64,000 nt of DNA from Klebsormidium nitens (taxonomy: Eukaryota; Plantae; Klebsormidiophyceae), in assembly GCA_000708835.1 (NCBI GenBank), contig DF237382.1, positions 14,833-78,832 of the forward strand, in the 5' to 3' direction. How positions within the stretch are numbered: position 1 is the first letter of the stretch; every line of letters begins with the position of its first letter. Below the pieces are notes generated by a model. That model saw only the letters and a program-made list of their open reading frames with translations, was not told the DNA's origin and did no database searches. Shown here in pieces: positions 37,030 to 50,300 of the stretch. The position numbers and the translations under genes are program-made.

Positions 37030-40000
37030 GTGCTGGTGCTCTCCGAAACTCCCAAGCCCCCTTCAAAGCTCGTGCATGCCCTGGCTGCCTTGCATGAGCT
37101 GGCTAGAAGACAGCTCCTGTTCGCCATGAGTTTGCTGGAGATCCTGACGTGGCCAACCAGGTGCCTATGGGATGTTTGCAACTCTCAGCTGCTTGGAAGG
37201 GGAGCGCTGGTTCACCGGAGCGCCGCTGTACAAGCTCTGTACCATAAAGTTGCTGGCTGCCGCCAAGGTACTAAGTTGTGAAGACTTCCTTCTGGCATGG
37301 ATAGATTCCTTTTGAAACCAGCAAATGCAACGAAAGAAAGCATGCATGTGTTGGGAAAAGGACAATCCTGTGGAGTAGATAACCTTTGTGAATTTAGACT
37401 GACGTACAACCACCCAGGACGACAATACTTTTGAAAGTTTCTTGCAGAATTTTGGAAAGACTCTCCTGATTGAATATTCCGGGAGTCATTGTTGGGTTCC
37501 CAAGTAGTACAGTGTGTTTGATCAGCAATTGATGACAGAGCAACCTTCCGAAGTAGGGGAGATCGTTTTCAAAAGGTACATATCGCTGAGAGTTGTCACT
37601 GTCAAGGCACTCCTCGATCATGTACAATCCCCCTTCACTTGTGAGCCAAAGCACTTGGGCCATTGACTTCCGGACAAGTTTTAGAAACCGGACAGTTTCA
37701 AAATCCTATTCACACTTTGTCGGCCTCCTCATCTTACCAAGTTGGAGATGGCCCAGTAGGTCTGAGGCTTGACGTTCCCCGTCAGCCATCGTGACTTTGT
37801 ACTCACAATCTAGACCTTGTGAGCCAAAAGCAAAGGAATCCCCCTATCTCGGAGCAATCTTCGCTCATGCTCTACTGATATCGCCACTCTTTTGGTGCTT
37901 CCCTCGAATCTGACTCAACCGTTCTCCTCCTTTTCACAGCCCCTGGGACCCCTCCTCTCTCCGTCCATCAAAGGGGCGCCCTCATCACCTCCGGAGTCCT
38001 CGACGTCCTCCTGGGTATCGCAGGGGGGGGTTTCCTCCTGAGGCACCGGGGGCGGCTGCAAGCCTTGGCCGCAGAGGCGAGCGAGCGCCTGGTGGACGGT
38101 GTGCTGACGGGGGGCACGGAATGGCTCATGTCAGTGGCGCCGGCGGGGCTGAAGCTGAATGAGGAGCTGGACGTGTTCATGGGGCGTGCGGTGCTGAGGA
38201 TACTGCAGGTAAGCAGACGACTGGAAGGGTGTGCCTTGGCACCAGAAGTGAAGTGGCAGGCAGAATGAGTAGCCAGAATTTTGAGTTCTTGGGAAGCGGA
38301 GTTCGGGTCAAATGGCCGTTAAGCTTGCTTCTTGTGCATGTGGTAAGGATGACGTGTGGACCTGGGCACTATGTTAGTGTCCAAGCACACACTGCTCTAT
38401 AGATGCCGCAAACAGAATTCTACTTGTGAGGTCCTTTATCCCAATGCTCTCATGGCTGTTTTGGGATCGAAGCATCGCCTTCAAACGACCTCCCATCATA
38501 GCAGAACAGACTTGTTTTTTTTGTGCCTTTCCAGCTTCCTTCTTGGATCGTTTGCAGTTATTGCAGGCTGGTCCATTTTAGACTTCGTGTCTCACAGATT
38601 TGTCGTTTATTTCATCCTGTGTGCGGTCATAGCTCTCATCAGAGCTGCCCGTGGTCTCATTGATTCCGTCTGTTGAGAGCCGTCTTTTTTGATGGTGCAC
38701 CCAGTTTTCGATGGCGGCTAACAAAGCGTCGTGATGGAGTAGGCTATGACGTTAGCGGACCAGTCCTGAGCATGCTTCGAGCTCAAGCTCAGGCAAGGAG
38801 AACGGCGCTCTTTCATTTTGGCCTTAACTTGAGTGAAGGGACACTGCTTATGACTGTTGATCGCTTGTGTCCCTGGTTCCTCAACATGCTGCCAGCAATT
38901 GGACGACGGAATTCTTCTGGTGACAGTTCTTGCTTCGTTACAACGACTCCTCGTATTTGCCCACTAGCAGTGCTTTCAACATTGTCTTTAGTCCGCTGCC
39001 CCCTTATTGTGTGTCATTTCAGGGCTTATCTAGGTTCGTGTTTTCCCTCGAGAGATGCTTGCATCGTGCATATGGCGATGATACCGTGTGAGCGCAGCCT
39101 GAGCTACATTCAGAGCTCACTGGAAACTGTGCATCATTGAAGCCAGCTGTCAGTATGAGCAGGCACAATTGCCAGGAACAATGTGTCTTTCTCTCCACGC
39201 ATACCTCTTGTTCCGAGTGACCCTTCCTGCTGAGTGTCGCATCCCTTGCTGTCACACTGTTCCTTTAGTGCCTTTTTTCAGCTTCGAAGAAACAGGGAGA
39301 CGTTTTGCTAGCGAAAACCAGCAAGTTGAAGCGGCTGGACCCTTCATATCCGTTCAGAGTGCATGCTGAGCAAAGTTTGTTTTCAATGAGATTCTGTCTT
39401 CCACAAGCCGCTAACCTTCCTCCTTCATCCACGTGGCAGGGATGACGTCCGGGTCTGGCCACCGGGTTGGTGTCCAAATCCTTGATTTCAGAATCGAAAC
39501 CCGCCTTCAGAAACCACTTTTGAGGTCTCTTTCTCCTGATTCATTTGTGGCCGCTTTGAGTTGAGGAAGGTTTGCTGATGTCTGTTCTCCAAGCGGCGCT
39601 TCAATGTCTAGTGAAACAAGCGTTTGTAACCATGTATTCTCTGGAATGCTTCGTTCCCTCAACCCTTCTAAGCAGCAAATTGCCGTCGTGGTGTGCTATG
39701 TCGAGCCTCGTCATCGGATTGTTTGGAATTCTCTTGCGGCAGGCGGCCTCTACAAACTTGCTGCCTTGTCTATCTCAGTCTCGTCCACCGCATCCGGTGC
39801 GGCCATACCTGTTTTCAAACTTCCCGTGTTCTCACGAACTTTTTTGTGTTTAAAGGCCCTCGTTTCTGTCAAGCTACCAGACTATACCTCGCTGGCAAAG
39901 CACGGAAGCACGGTGGCTGGGTAGGCTATGAAAAGAGCGGACCATTCCATCGAGCATGTTTCAGGTACAAGCTCAGGCTCCTTAGCAAATTCCTCGGAGC

Positions 40001-43000
40001 CCCGTCGTCTCGACCTTTCCATAGACTTTGAGGACACTGCTCACGATTGTTGATTGCTTGTATCCCTGGTTCCTCAACAAGCTACTAGCACTTCACACCG
40101 AAGTGCTGCTCTTGATGAAGTTTCTTGCTCGATTGTAAGGACTCCTGGTGGTTGCTCCACTAGCAGTGCTTCCGACATTGTATTTAGTCCGCTGCCATCG
40201 TACCTGCCGTTGTACTGAGTCATCCTGAGGCTTATCTGGCTGGTGGAAATACTGCAAGGTTGCTTGCTATCGTGGATGTGGCGATGATAGTGTCTGAGCA
40301 CGTCCCGAGCTGCCTTTTGAGCTCATTGGCGCTATCAGTGATGCAGACCTGAAGCCAGCTGTCACTATGAGCGTGCCCGATTGCCCAACAGACATGTGTA
40401 GTCTTCCAAGCGTACTGCCATTTTGTGGTTATTGTCCCCGTAGGGCGTCGAGTCGGCGTTCACACCGTCCTTGCGGGTCCGACCGGTGTCTAGACGCAAC
40501 TCAGTTTCCCAAATGGATCTGTTATCGACCCCTCTCAATCTTAAAATACATCTTAAGCGCTGATAAGTACGGAAGAAACAGGGGACGTCTGTCAATATTG
40601 AGGCGCAAGAATCATTGTCGACACGCCGGAAGTGTGTAGCCCTTCCTGAAGCATGCTGAACGGATCTCTGTCGTACGATTTCGGTGTTCAGTAAGCCGTT
40701 GACTCGCTTGTTCTTCCACGTGGCAAGGATGACTCCGGACCTGGGCAACCCGTTGGTGTCCAGAGTTCTGTCTGCAAGTTTTCAGATGCTGCGTTTACTA
40801 ACTTCTTTTTGAAGTCCTGTGTTCCGATCTCCATGGCCGCAACAGATATCTCGCTACCAACCTCTCCGAGCGGCGCTTCAACAGCAAGCGGAATGCTTTC
40901 GAAGGACGAGGCTGGCCTTTTGCAGCGATCCGAAGTGGTCGTTGGCAACTCGATGCGCTTGTGACCCGAGGCGGCCAACGTTGTAGCTAGTCTTCTCTCT
41001 TATTTCGCTGTTGCAGCGGCTTATACTTCCACTCGTCTGGGTGGGAGTAGTTTGTGCAGTGGCTAAAAGAACACGAGCACAGGCCCCCAGCCTGCATGTT
41101 GTTGAGATTGCGTGGCGTCTGTTTAGAAAAACATCTGTCCGGTCCCTGCAGTCGTCACACAAGTAGTAGGTTCTGAGCGTCTCCGGTTCCTAGTTCAGCG
41201 ATATCATCAGATCTGACTGCTGCGTCGAAACGCAACGTACGACCTGCGGTAGCAATTGGAGCAGACTTTCTGGCAGGACTTGAATACTTCGAAGGTTTTG
41301 ACTGACTTCCGAATGCAAAATTTCTGGACGCCCCTCGTATGTTCGGAAGTGCATTGCTGTCGCTTCGCAGTACGCGGACCCCTTCTCGTACAGCGTATTG
41401 GGGTCGAGCATGGGAATGAAAACGATTGTTGACGAGCTCAAAACTTCCGCAAGCGGCAACCGATGGTTGCACTTCTTTTTAGTGAGTTTTAAATTGCGGC
41501 GATGATGGTCTCCACCCTTGAGCGGTCTGCTCCGTCAGCCTGCTCATTGAATCACCGAAGTTCCACGGATGCCGCTCAATTGCTGTGCTTCCTTAAGGGA
41601 CGGCGTTTGTGAGAGTCTAGCACTACCTAGCGGTGCTATGTGCATGACGAATGATTGATATCGGCAGTCCCACATCACCAGCGGCGTTCAAATACCTCTT
41701 CCCTCATCAGTTGTTCCTGTTATCAATCCTGGGATCAGAGAGTGAGACGCGTATGTTGAAGGCTCCCACCTTCGACCAATGCGTCGTGGGATGCGGCGAT
41801 GAAGGTCTTCGTTCTTGAGCAATCTGCTCCGTCAGTCTGCTCAATTGTAGTAGTTCAACCAGATGCCGCTCATTCACGCTTCTTTGAAGGATAGTTACTT
41901 GAGCGGTACTCAGAGGCCAATATTCATGGAGGACTGCTTGCTGTCGGATGTCCCGCATCAACTAGCGGCGTTCAGATACCTCCTCCTTCATCAGTTGCCC
42001 CTCTTCTTCATCCTTAGATATCAAGAGAGAGACGCTATCGTAATGAAGGTTCTCACCGTTGAGTAAGCGTCTTTAGAAGCGGCGATGACAGTCTTTACCC
42101 TTGAGCAATATGCTCACTGGAAGAATTGTGCACAGATGCCGCTCCTTTATTGCGCTTCCTTGAGGGGCACTAATCAAGACAAATGAGCTCAAAACCAACG
42201 GTGCGTGGTTCTTGGTAATTTGCGCGCTATCGCGCGCCACGCTAAGCACGGCATTCAGGTTCTTTTTCCCTCATCAACTGTCCCTGCGCTCAAACCTCAA
42301 GACACTAGAGTCGAAACGCGTATCTGTAAGAAGGGCTCTCACCTTTGAGCATTTCGTCTTCGGAAGCGGCGATGATGATTTTTTACCCTTGAGCGGTCCG
42401 CCTGTCAATTTGCTCAACGAAGAATCTCAGCGTCTGATGCCGCTCATTCGTTGCCCTTCCTTGAGGGTCAGTACTCAAAAAAGTTCAGCCATTTCCAACG
42501 GTGTGTGGTTCATGAAAACTGCGTGCTGTCGGAAGCGCCACATCAAGCAGCGGCGTTAGATTCCTCGTCCCTTCTTATCAACTCTACTCGTTCCCGAAGA
42601 CACTAGAGTTGACACGTGTATCAGAGATTGGGCTCTCACCTTTCGGCAACGGTCCTTTAGAAGCGGCAATAATGGTGTTCACCCCTGAGCAGTTCGCCTA
42701 GCAATCTGCTCAATGATAGAATCTGAGCTTATACCGCTCAGTTGTTGCGCTTCCTTGAGGGTCAGCAATGGAGCCGAATCCATCAGTCCGCTGTTCACCA
42801 AGGATGCTTGCTATCGGTCGTCCCTCGTCAACGAGCGGCGTCTCGATATCTCTTTCCTCATCAGCTGTTCCTGTTCTTTATTTTCGAGCACCAAAGTGAG
42901 ACGCGTGTCAGCGCTGAGAGCTCTCACCTTCGTTTAAAGGCGTCTCTAGAAGCGGCGATGATCATCCTTTCCTCGAGTGATCTGCCTGTCAATCTACTCA

Positions 43001-44867
43001 AGCGAAGACCTTCAGCAACTGGTGCCGCTCATTCGTTGCCTTTGTATGAGGGTCAGTACTCAGGGAAGTCCAGCGATACCAACAGTTTGTTAATGCGAAA
43101 TATGTGCTATCGGCCCTCCCTCGTCAGCCAGCGGTGGTCACACACTTTCTCCCTCCGTTAACATTCTCTGTTCATTATGCATCTTTTACCTAAATAAAGA
43201 AGCATATCACTTTGTTGCGCACTGGTTCTCGACTCGCTCTTACCTCATTGTCGAGCCTGCGTTTCCTTTGTCGCGGAAGATTCAGCGGGTGCTTACGAAT
43301 ATACGCTGGTGGAGCAAAGGAAGGGAACCCTTTTGTAATTTTGGGACAGCTTCATGCAAATATCCTTTCTGAAACGAGCTCTTCCTCTCTGCAGATCTTC
43401 TCAGACTTCGGGGGCCAGCACCAAGCTCTCCTCCTCAGCAGCGCTCTCTGGTCCCTCGTCATTTCCTCCCCACTGGGCCTCTCCACACTTCTCGCACTCG
43501 CCTCCGACGTGCTAGCCCTCGCCACCTGCCACGTGTCACTCCTCTACTGGCTCTCCGCCCTCATCTACTCCGCCCAGCTTCGCGCCCTGGCCGCGCTCTG
43601 GCGCCTCTTCCGGGGCCGGAAGCGGAACCCGCTGCGCCACCGTGTCGACTCCTTCGAACGCCACGTGGAGCAGATTGTCGTGGGGTCGCTCCTATTCACA
43701 CCGCTGCTCTTACTGCTGCCCACGACTTGGGCGTACTACTCGCTGTTTGCGATGACGTACGGCGGGATTGCGGCAGCCCGCGCGGCGCTGCAGATCGGCA
43801 GCGCGGTGATCCGATCGTTTCCGCTCTACCGGTTGGCGGTGTGGGCGGCGGTGCCGGGGGCGTGTCCGAGTGACGTCAGCTTTCAGGTGACGTCAGCGGG
43901 GCAGAAGGTGGTGGACGAAACCATGTTGGCCAGCGGTAAAGTCATCAACGGTCCCGGAAGAGTCTCGAGGTGGGGAAAGGAGATGGTAACCAGCATGGGG
44001 GCAAGCGTTGAGAGCCTGAGAGTGACGTCAGCGAGTCGGAACACGGGGACCAGGACCGAGACTGGCGACGACATGTTTCCACGTGGTCAGAACGAAGTGA
44101 CTGCCGAGGAAGGAAGTGTAGTAGGCACACGGAAAAGCGGAGTGATGGGCACACGGCCAAGAGCGCGAGAACGAAACGCGAGCGGCGAAGAATGGAGGGA
44201 TCGGAAAGTGGAGGACGGTGTTAAGGGGACGAAAAGTGACGAGAAACGTGGCGAGAAGCTGGACGGCGAAGATAGCGCGTGTTCTCTGGGTTTCGTAGGG
44301 CAGCAGGCGGAGGCGAAGCTGGCTGGAGTGCCATCGGGGGAGGAACTAGCGGCGCGGCACCTGCGGTTGGAGCTAGTTACAGCGGACGCAGGTATGACGA
44401 AACTCGTGAAAGTTTCTTGGAGTCAAGTGCAGCTCTTCCCCGAGTACTCCGACTCAGCGTTAAGAGAAGGACGAAGAAGGGAAGCGGCCAGACGAGGTCA
44501 ATCATCTGTGAAAGTGACGCTTGTCAGTTGAAAAGGCTCGACGTGCTTCCCCGGCGAAAGTTGCTCTCCGAGTCAATCTTACAGTGCAGCTCTTGTTTGA
44601 AGCAGACCCATCGGTGCGCCTCCGGATTCGAAGACCCACGAAGTGAAGAAGCCTCCCTAATGTTTATCGAAGTGTGTGTATAGAAGGAGACGCTCAACAT
44701 TGGGCCGTCGAGTGGTCCGGGAGCAGTCTGTATAGATTGATCTGACTGGAACCCGTTGTCTTGTCTCAGCGGACGTGCTTCGGCCTTTCCTGAGGCACGT
44801 GACCAGCCCCTTCAGCCTCATGGGAGCCGCGGGGGTCGTTGTGGCGCTTTGCGTGGGGAACTGGTAA
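37030..44867 (+). CDS. PIGQ: GPI N-acetylglucosaminyltransferase subunit Q (PIG-Q/GPI1), 5' exons unresolved
   Basis: Exons 37030-37267, 37940-38208, 43395-44391, 44770-44867 (TAA), phase-consistent. Gpi1 motifs: VLDVLLG, WLMSVAPAGLKLNEEL, LWRLFRGRKRNPLRHRVDS, QIVVGSLLFTPLLLLLPTT. Confidence 0.9.
38770..40770 (-). repeat. Diverged direct repeat pair (~38770-39480 and ~39960-40770), probably fragments of the same decayed retroelement family as 56100-62400
   Basis: Collinear matches: ggacactgct...ccctggttcctcaaca (38839/40032), ccactagcagtgct...ttagtccgctgcc (~38960/~40157), tgaagccagctgtca.tatgag (~39140/~40350), tccacgtggca.ggatgac (39428/40715). Confidence 0.8.
41490..43160. repeat. Tandem array of six diverged ~290-bp units inside the PIG-Q intron
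   Basis: Anchor gcggc(g/a)at(g/a)a at 41496, 41793, 42079, 42366, 42663, 42952 (spacing 297, 286, 287, 297, 289). Shared blocks include cccttgagc, ctgctca, gatgccgctcatt, ttccttgagg, cagcggcgtt, ctcatcagttg and ctctcacctt. Confidence 0.9.
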
Positions 44868-44949
44868 GCTACGTCACATGTCAATCAGCGTTGAGTGCCT
44901 TTGTTGATCAAAGCTGGCAGTGATGTTTGTTTGTATTGCGGTGACCAAT

Positions 44950-47900
44950 CTTTTGTGTGGGTAAGACAATATGAGAGTGGAACGGTTGGATCGAGCAAAC
45001 AAAGGATTGCGAGGGCAAGCGAACCTGTTGGCTTCACGTTGAAGCATGCAGCAACGTCCATTTAAGGTTTTTGATTCTGGTTCGCCTTGCTTCTCGATTC
45101 TATTGGTGTACCATTCGCTTGGGGGTGTCTTTTCAAAAAGACTCGCATTTTCTCGGTGTATTTCCTCCTCGTGAAAGAAGCTCATTTTCGAGCGCTTGGC
45201 CCGACTGGCTGGGATGCTGACCGGAAACATTCTCAGTTCCAGAGGTGAAGAGTTAGTTGGCTAGCGGTCTTGAGTAAACATTCCGATTACGCGTGCGCAG
45301 AGTTCGATCCGGATTAGCAGCGTCAAATTCACAGCTTTCGGTTGACCGAGTTGTTGGTTGAAACTTTATATAAATCTTGACGAGAAAAGAGAGGGTGGTC
45401 AACGGGCTGTTCGACTCATGCAGACTTTACACGGCTGCACAGGAAAAGCGACTCGGTTTCGAGCTGATCATCACCTCTCACCCATCGAATGTCGGCTTTG
45501 TGAACCGTTTCTTTTCTAATGCAGGGTGGACCCGGTGCTCACTCTCGATGCTATGGAGTTTTGAGCGTGGGCCGAAAGCTGTCGCCACACCGTTAGATGC
45601 TCGCCACGTGGCAGCTTTGCAGGTGCTCAGGCAAGTACGGCCCGCCCGAAGTTTATACCCTCTTATTACTGAGCCCGGTTCGGCTAATGCTGGAGAGTGC
45701 ATAATCCAGCATTGATTCTATATCGTTTCTGGGTCCGTTGATGTAATTTGGGCGCCTCAGTGGAGCACTTAACAGATACTTAAGCTTCCGTGTCCAAAGC
45801 GCTCCCAGATCCGTTTTCAAGGATGCCTTCTGTTCCAGGGCTCGTCGTGTCGAAACCCGTCATGTTTACCTACAGAAAAGCTCTGCGAGGTCAAACGGGT
45901 TAAAGGCACAGAGTGGAATCAGAAAAGAAGCGTCCAAGTCGTCCCGTTTACGCTTTCGCTCTTTGAGCGTCCAAAGAAAACCACAGGACGCCGTCAAGAT
46001 GTCTTAGCCGTGAACGTTCTTCCTGCTCCGCAACCCCGTTCAAATTAAGGTGTTGTCTGCTCACGTGGCTTACGGCGACATATAGATGCACCATTGTTGA
46101 CCGCAAGTCACTGAAGCCAGCGGCGGCAGGCTGCTTTTCGGCATTCGCGAGGCGAGAATGCTTGCCGGCTGGAACGCGTTCCACGATTATCAACACAACT
46201 TTATCATCAACAAAAGATGTCATTGTGTCCAGTGACTACTTTTGCACACTGCAATTGCTTGAAGTCCGCAAGTCTTCTCTCTTTGAATCTGACGCACGTC
46301 TCTGCTGCCGTTTCTCGTGCAGGCTGCACGCGAGAAGCGACCGCCCCCAGGCATGCTTGTTGACTGGATACGGACCGGGGGCTGAAGTGGAGAACTGTGA
46401 TGACGTGGGCTCTACAAGCTGGGGCATTTGTTGATGGTGAGCAAAGCATGAACCTTATTAACGATCGAAAGTAGGAGTTCTTCCCCGATTCCTTGGCATG
46501 TCTTGAAAGGCGCACGGGTACCTTTCCGACTCCCTGAGACCTCTTGTCTCCTGCCGACTTGAGACTCTGACGATGTCCTTGACCACTTTGCTCGATTCTC
46601 AAGGCATCTTTCCGGATGCCCGCTGAATCAATCCTCCACAGAATCTTGTTGCGTCATAAGTTGTACATAGGCCGACACTAGGGAACACTTCTGAGGATGT
46701 GATTCGACCCGTGTTCGGTTATGGTGTTATAGGACTCCATTTTTAGGGAATCCGTCGGCGGGCTGAATCTTCGTGACCATCCGTATCGCACTTCTTGACA
46801 CCAGAATTGACTTTGTCAATCCGTCAGTAATGATTGACAGTATGTCTGAGTGTCGGCTGTGGTAACGGGGCCAGCAACGTCTCATATACCTGTCCGTTTG
46901 ACCCTGCAGTCAGATTGAGGTGGACTCGACCTCCGGAACCCGCCTCATTGCCGGACTTCGAAGAAGCAGTAGAGGTACGGAGTAGCCACTAGGAGACTCT
47001 TCACAGCTCTGCGTGAAGTCGGGTTCTTTGGAAAACGGCTTCCACGTTCCGCAATATCTCGTGTAGATTCATGCCTTTGCATACGCCCACATGGCAAGGG
47101 TGACTTGCCCACTCCGGAAACGCCTTGATAAAATGGGAATCTGACTGCTGCACTGTATTTTTTCGTTAAGTTTTTTTATTTGTTCGAGGATGACAAGACA
47201 CTCTCTATGTCACGTCGGTGCAAACCCTTGCATGAGGTTTTCTCTGCCGCTCAATCTTTCTCGAGACACCCACTATCAGAGTGTGCCATCTTATTGTCAG
47301 CTTTCACGTTCCCTCCCAATATGGTGCCGGGCCACGAGCAGCCGAGGCTCAACACTCGTAATGTCGGCTCAAATTGTTTCTACGCCCTCTTCGTAATTCT
47401 CTGCAGTCTGGCTGTGTTCCACCTTGATCGCACCTTGATTGGAAACAGATCAAGTAATTCAATCCAGTATTTCTTACAATTCTCTGACGATGATAGGCAG
47501 CTACGGTCTTGTTTCTGATCTGCTCGCTTGGCTGTGCTTTTCCAGAAAGAGCTTTCGGGCAAGGCTTACTTGAATCGGGGCTTTTGTCCTGGCACAGCTT
47601 TGATTGCCGTTGTTAGATTGAGTTGCAACTGCTGCACCGGATCTGCCCCCCCCGTTCTTTTGAGAACACGCACAGCCTTTGAGCAGTCAAGCTGGAAGTC
47701 ATGGCTTCGTTGAACGGCAACTGACTCACTCGAGTGCCCAAATGCTGATCTAACAATGGCGTGTGCACCTTTTGTTCGGCCATGATTATCTACGGCCTGA
47801 TGAGCAGCAACACGCTGCCCAGACTGGAACTTGAAGAATATGCCAACGTTTCGGGATGTCAAACAAAGGCAACTGGATCTTGCGATGCTTTCCGGAAGTC

Positions 47901-50300
47901 AATTGTTATCCGGTGATTCCGTGATGCTCATTGTTTCGTGAGCAGCGGAAACCTAGCACTTCATTGTTTGTTGGCCAACGCGATTGATCATCTGTTCTCC
48001 TTGGTCGACTTTGTATTTACGAGAATATGGCCAGTAGCAACTCGCGCATTTTTGCTGGTCACAGACTGGTCACGTCCAAGCTTCGATCACTTCCTCAAAA
48101 GCGCATCTCAGTTGAGTGCCTCTTGTTGCATCTTGCTGTATAGTTCTGAAGTAGGTCATACCACGTAAGCCGTCTTGTCATTTGTTCCTTGGATATGCTT
48201 TACTGCCGTTGGACGGAGCGCCTCCAGCGCGGCATCGTCACGAGGAGCCAGAAATTGATCTCAATGACGGGCTTCTTTTATCTGGCCGACTATTGGCTGG
48301 CAGGTAACAGTGCTCGCTGAAGGTTGAGAAGTGCCGCGTCAATCGAGTCCCTCGATTTCGAGGCGCTTCAGTTTGTCCTTTCTGTAGGTCTTCGCTTTGC
48401 ATCTCTTTTGTTAGTGTTTAATTGCTCGGCTCAAAACACGGTATCAGAAGCTGCCATGGCGTGTGAGAATCGTTTACAGCTTTGATCAACTTGTACGCAT
48501 TCGTGATGTACGCCCATTTTCTGGCGGTCGCGTCCTTGCTTGCTTCACGTAAACTGGTTAGTAACCAGACGGGCGTATTACATTCCAGACGCGAGCGGTC
48601 TTTGCAGACAGTCAGCGGCTCTCTTCTTTAGAGCGAGTGACACTTCCGCATATGCGATGTTGAGTGCCTCAGTTATAATCGGCGTGTTTTTCAAGGGACC
48701 CAGGCTATGAGTCGATAAACCCTGGGCAAAGCGGCTTGCGCATATCTCTTGGGAGTCGTCCGAGCCAGCATTGCTTCTCTTCTAAAAGAAGAATGTCCAC
48801 GGCAAGCTTCAGTGCCGTTCTGCAAGAAGGGTGCTTTCGGACATTGCACGCGGTCATGATGGGCCTAAACTCGATTATGAGCTGTAAAGCAGCTCAGCGA
48901 TGCATGGAGGACCGAGGAACCGCCGGCTCTTTTATCGCTCCACTTTTTAGCACGTAACCTTCCTTCTTAGTGGCCGGGCCGACAACCCGAGGCAGGTCTG
49001 TAATAACAGACTTTTCAGGAAATTATTCGACACTGAGTTCGATTGTATCTTCTGCAAAAGCGTGCGCATGGGTACAGATCCGTTTTCTGCGTAAGGGCAC
49101 GCAGGTTAGGTCCAACAGTGTCCCGTGCGCAACTTTCTTGAAATGACGGTCGACTGGCTTTCAGGCCCATCTAACGTGGAACTCCACACTGGACTTTGGT
49201 TACATGAGCCTTTGCACACTCAAAAGGCATTGAGGTTCTCGCTTTTGGGTTGTATCGATTTCCGACCGCTTCCAGTGCAACGGTTGCTTTGGATGCAGCT
49301 TTGCAACGGTCTCTATCGAGCACAATAGGAACAAGCAGGCGAAAACCACCAAAATTCGTGACCGAAGAGTCTCGCCTGTTTCTGTGGGCAATGCTGAGTG
49401 CGCGACCCTTGTGTAGCCTAATGCCACACACAGGTCTTCGAGTTTAACCTGACGCCAAGCAGAGTACCTCAGGCGTTTCCTCAAGATTGAGTAAAAGGTG
49501 CGTTTCTCCAAGTGGTGAAAGTCGGGTCATACTTAAATCGGTCCTGACGTGCCGTTCGAGATTCTGGATGGATGAAACTGGATATGGGCCTGCGATTCGT
49601 ACACGTCTCTTCACTAGTGCCAATTCAACTGCCAGATTCTTGCAAGGAGGCTTGTTCTTTGATCCTGTCTGCGTTGATGTCAGACTTACTGTAAAGGAAC
49701 GTCCTGGAGCCGTTCTTTTTGATATACACAGTAAGTCTGCATAATGCTTTCGACTTTTCTTGTCTCGAGAGGGTCTGTGCATCGATGAGCACAGTCTTCC
49801 CTCTTTTAGCCTCTGGCTGCTTGAGACCGTTAAAGTCAGCCACCTACAGCTTAATCAAATGGGTTTTCACTGTCAGACTATGCTTGAAAGGGTTCAGTTG
49901 CAATACTTGCGCCCCCTCAGTTGATTGGAACTTCTTTCCCAGTTGCCTCCCGCTTCAGTAGATTCCAGTCTTTGCTCAGACCCTTGTTGTAGTACTTGTT
50001 CCTCATTTGTCGACTGATAGCAACTTCGCGTTTTGCAAAATTGCCTATCGAAGGTACCTTCCTTCACTTCTGTGGCCAGCGCAAGAGCTGATTCCGTACG
50101 TTTCTTCTGCACGCGCCTAGAGAAAAAATGGAGAGTCGAGGCAAGCTGCAAATCGCCGCCGTTGGAACTCGGCCGTCAGCCGGCCTCAGTGCTTTGCCGT
50201 TGCGACGCTCTTACAGCTCGGTAGGACTTATTTGCGGCGACATCCGAGCAGTCTCGAGGCAGCCTTGGAACCGCCGCAACATCCTTTCAAAAGAACATCC
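44950..50300 (-). mobile_element. Highly decayed non-LTR retrotransposon (LINE-like) remnant; boundaries approximate
   Basis: Frameshifted and stop-ridden minus-strand traces resembling AP endonuclease (GRTKGAHAIV ~47770, TILGGNVKA ~47320) and RT (K..TFD ~45490, PLS..LF-like ~45260). Roughly collinear with 56100-62400 at an offset of ~12.5 kb (e.g. cggtcatgatggg at 48851 and 61474). Confidence 0.4.

Noticed and set aside
42700-42790. Minus-strand peptide LLTLKEAQQLSGISSDSIIEQIA resembling an excisionase-type HTH
   Set aside because: Seen intact in only one array unit and appears to arise from a frameshift; the frame shared across units is a different one.
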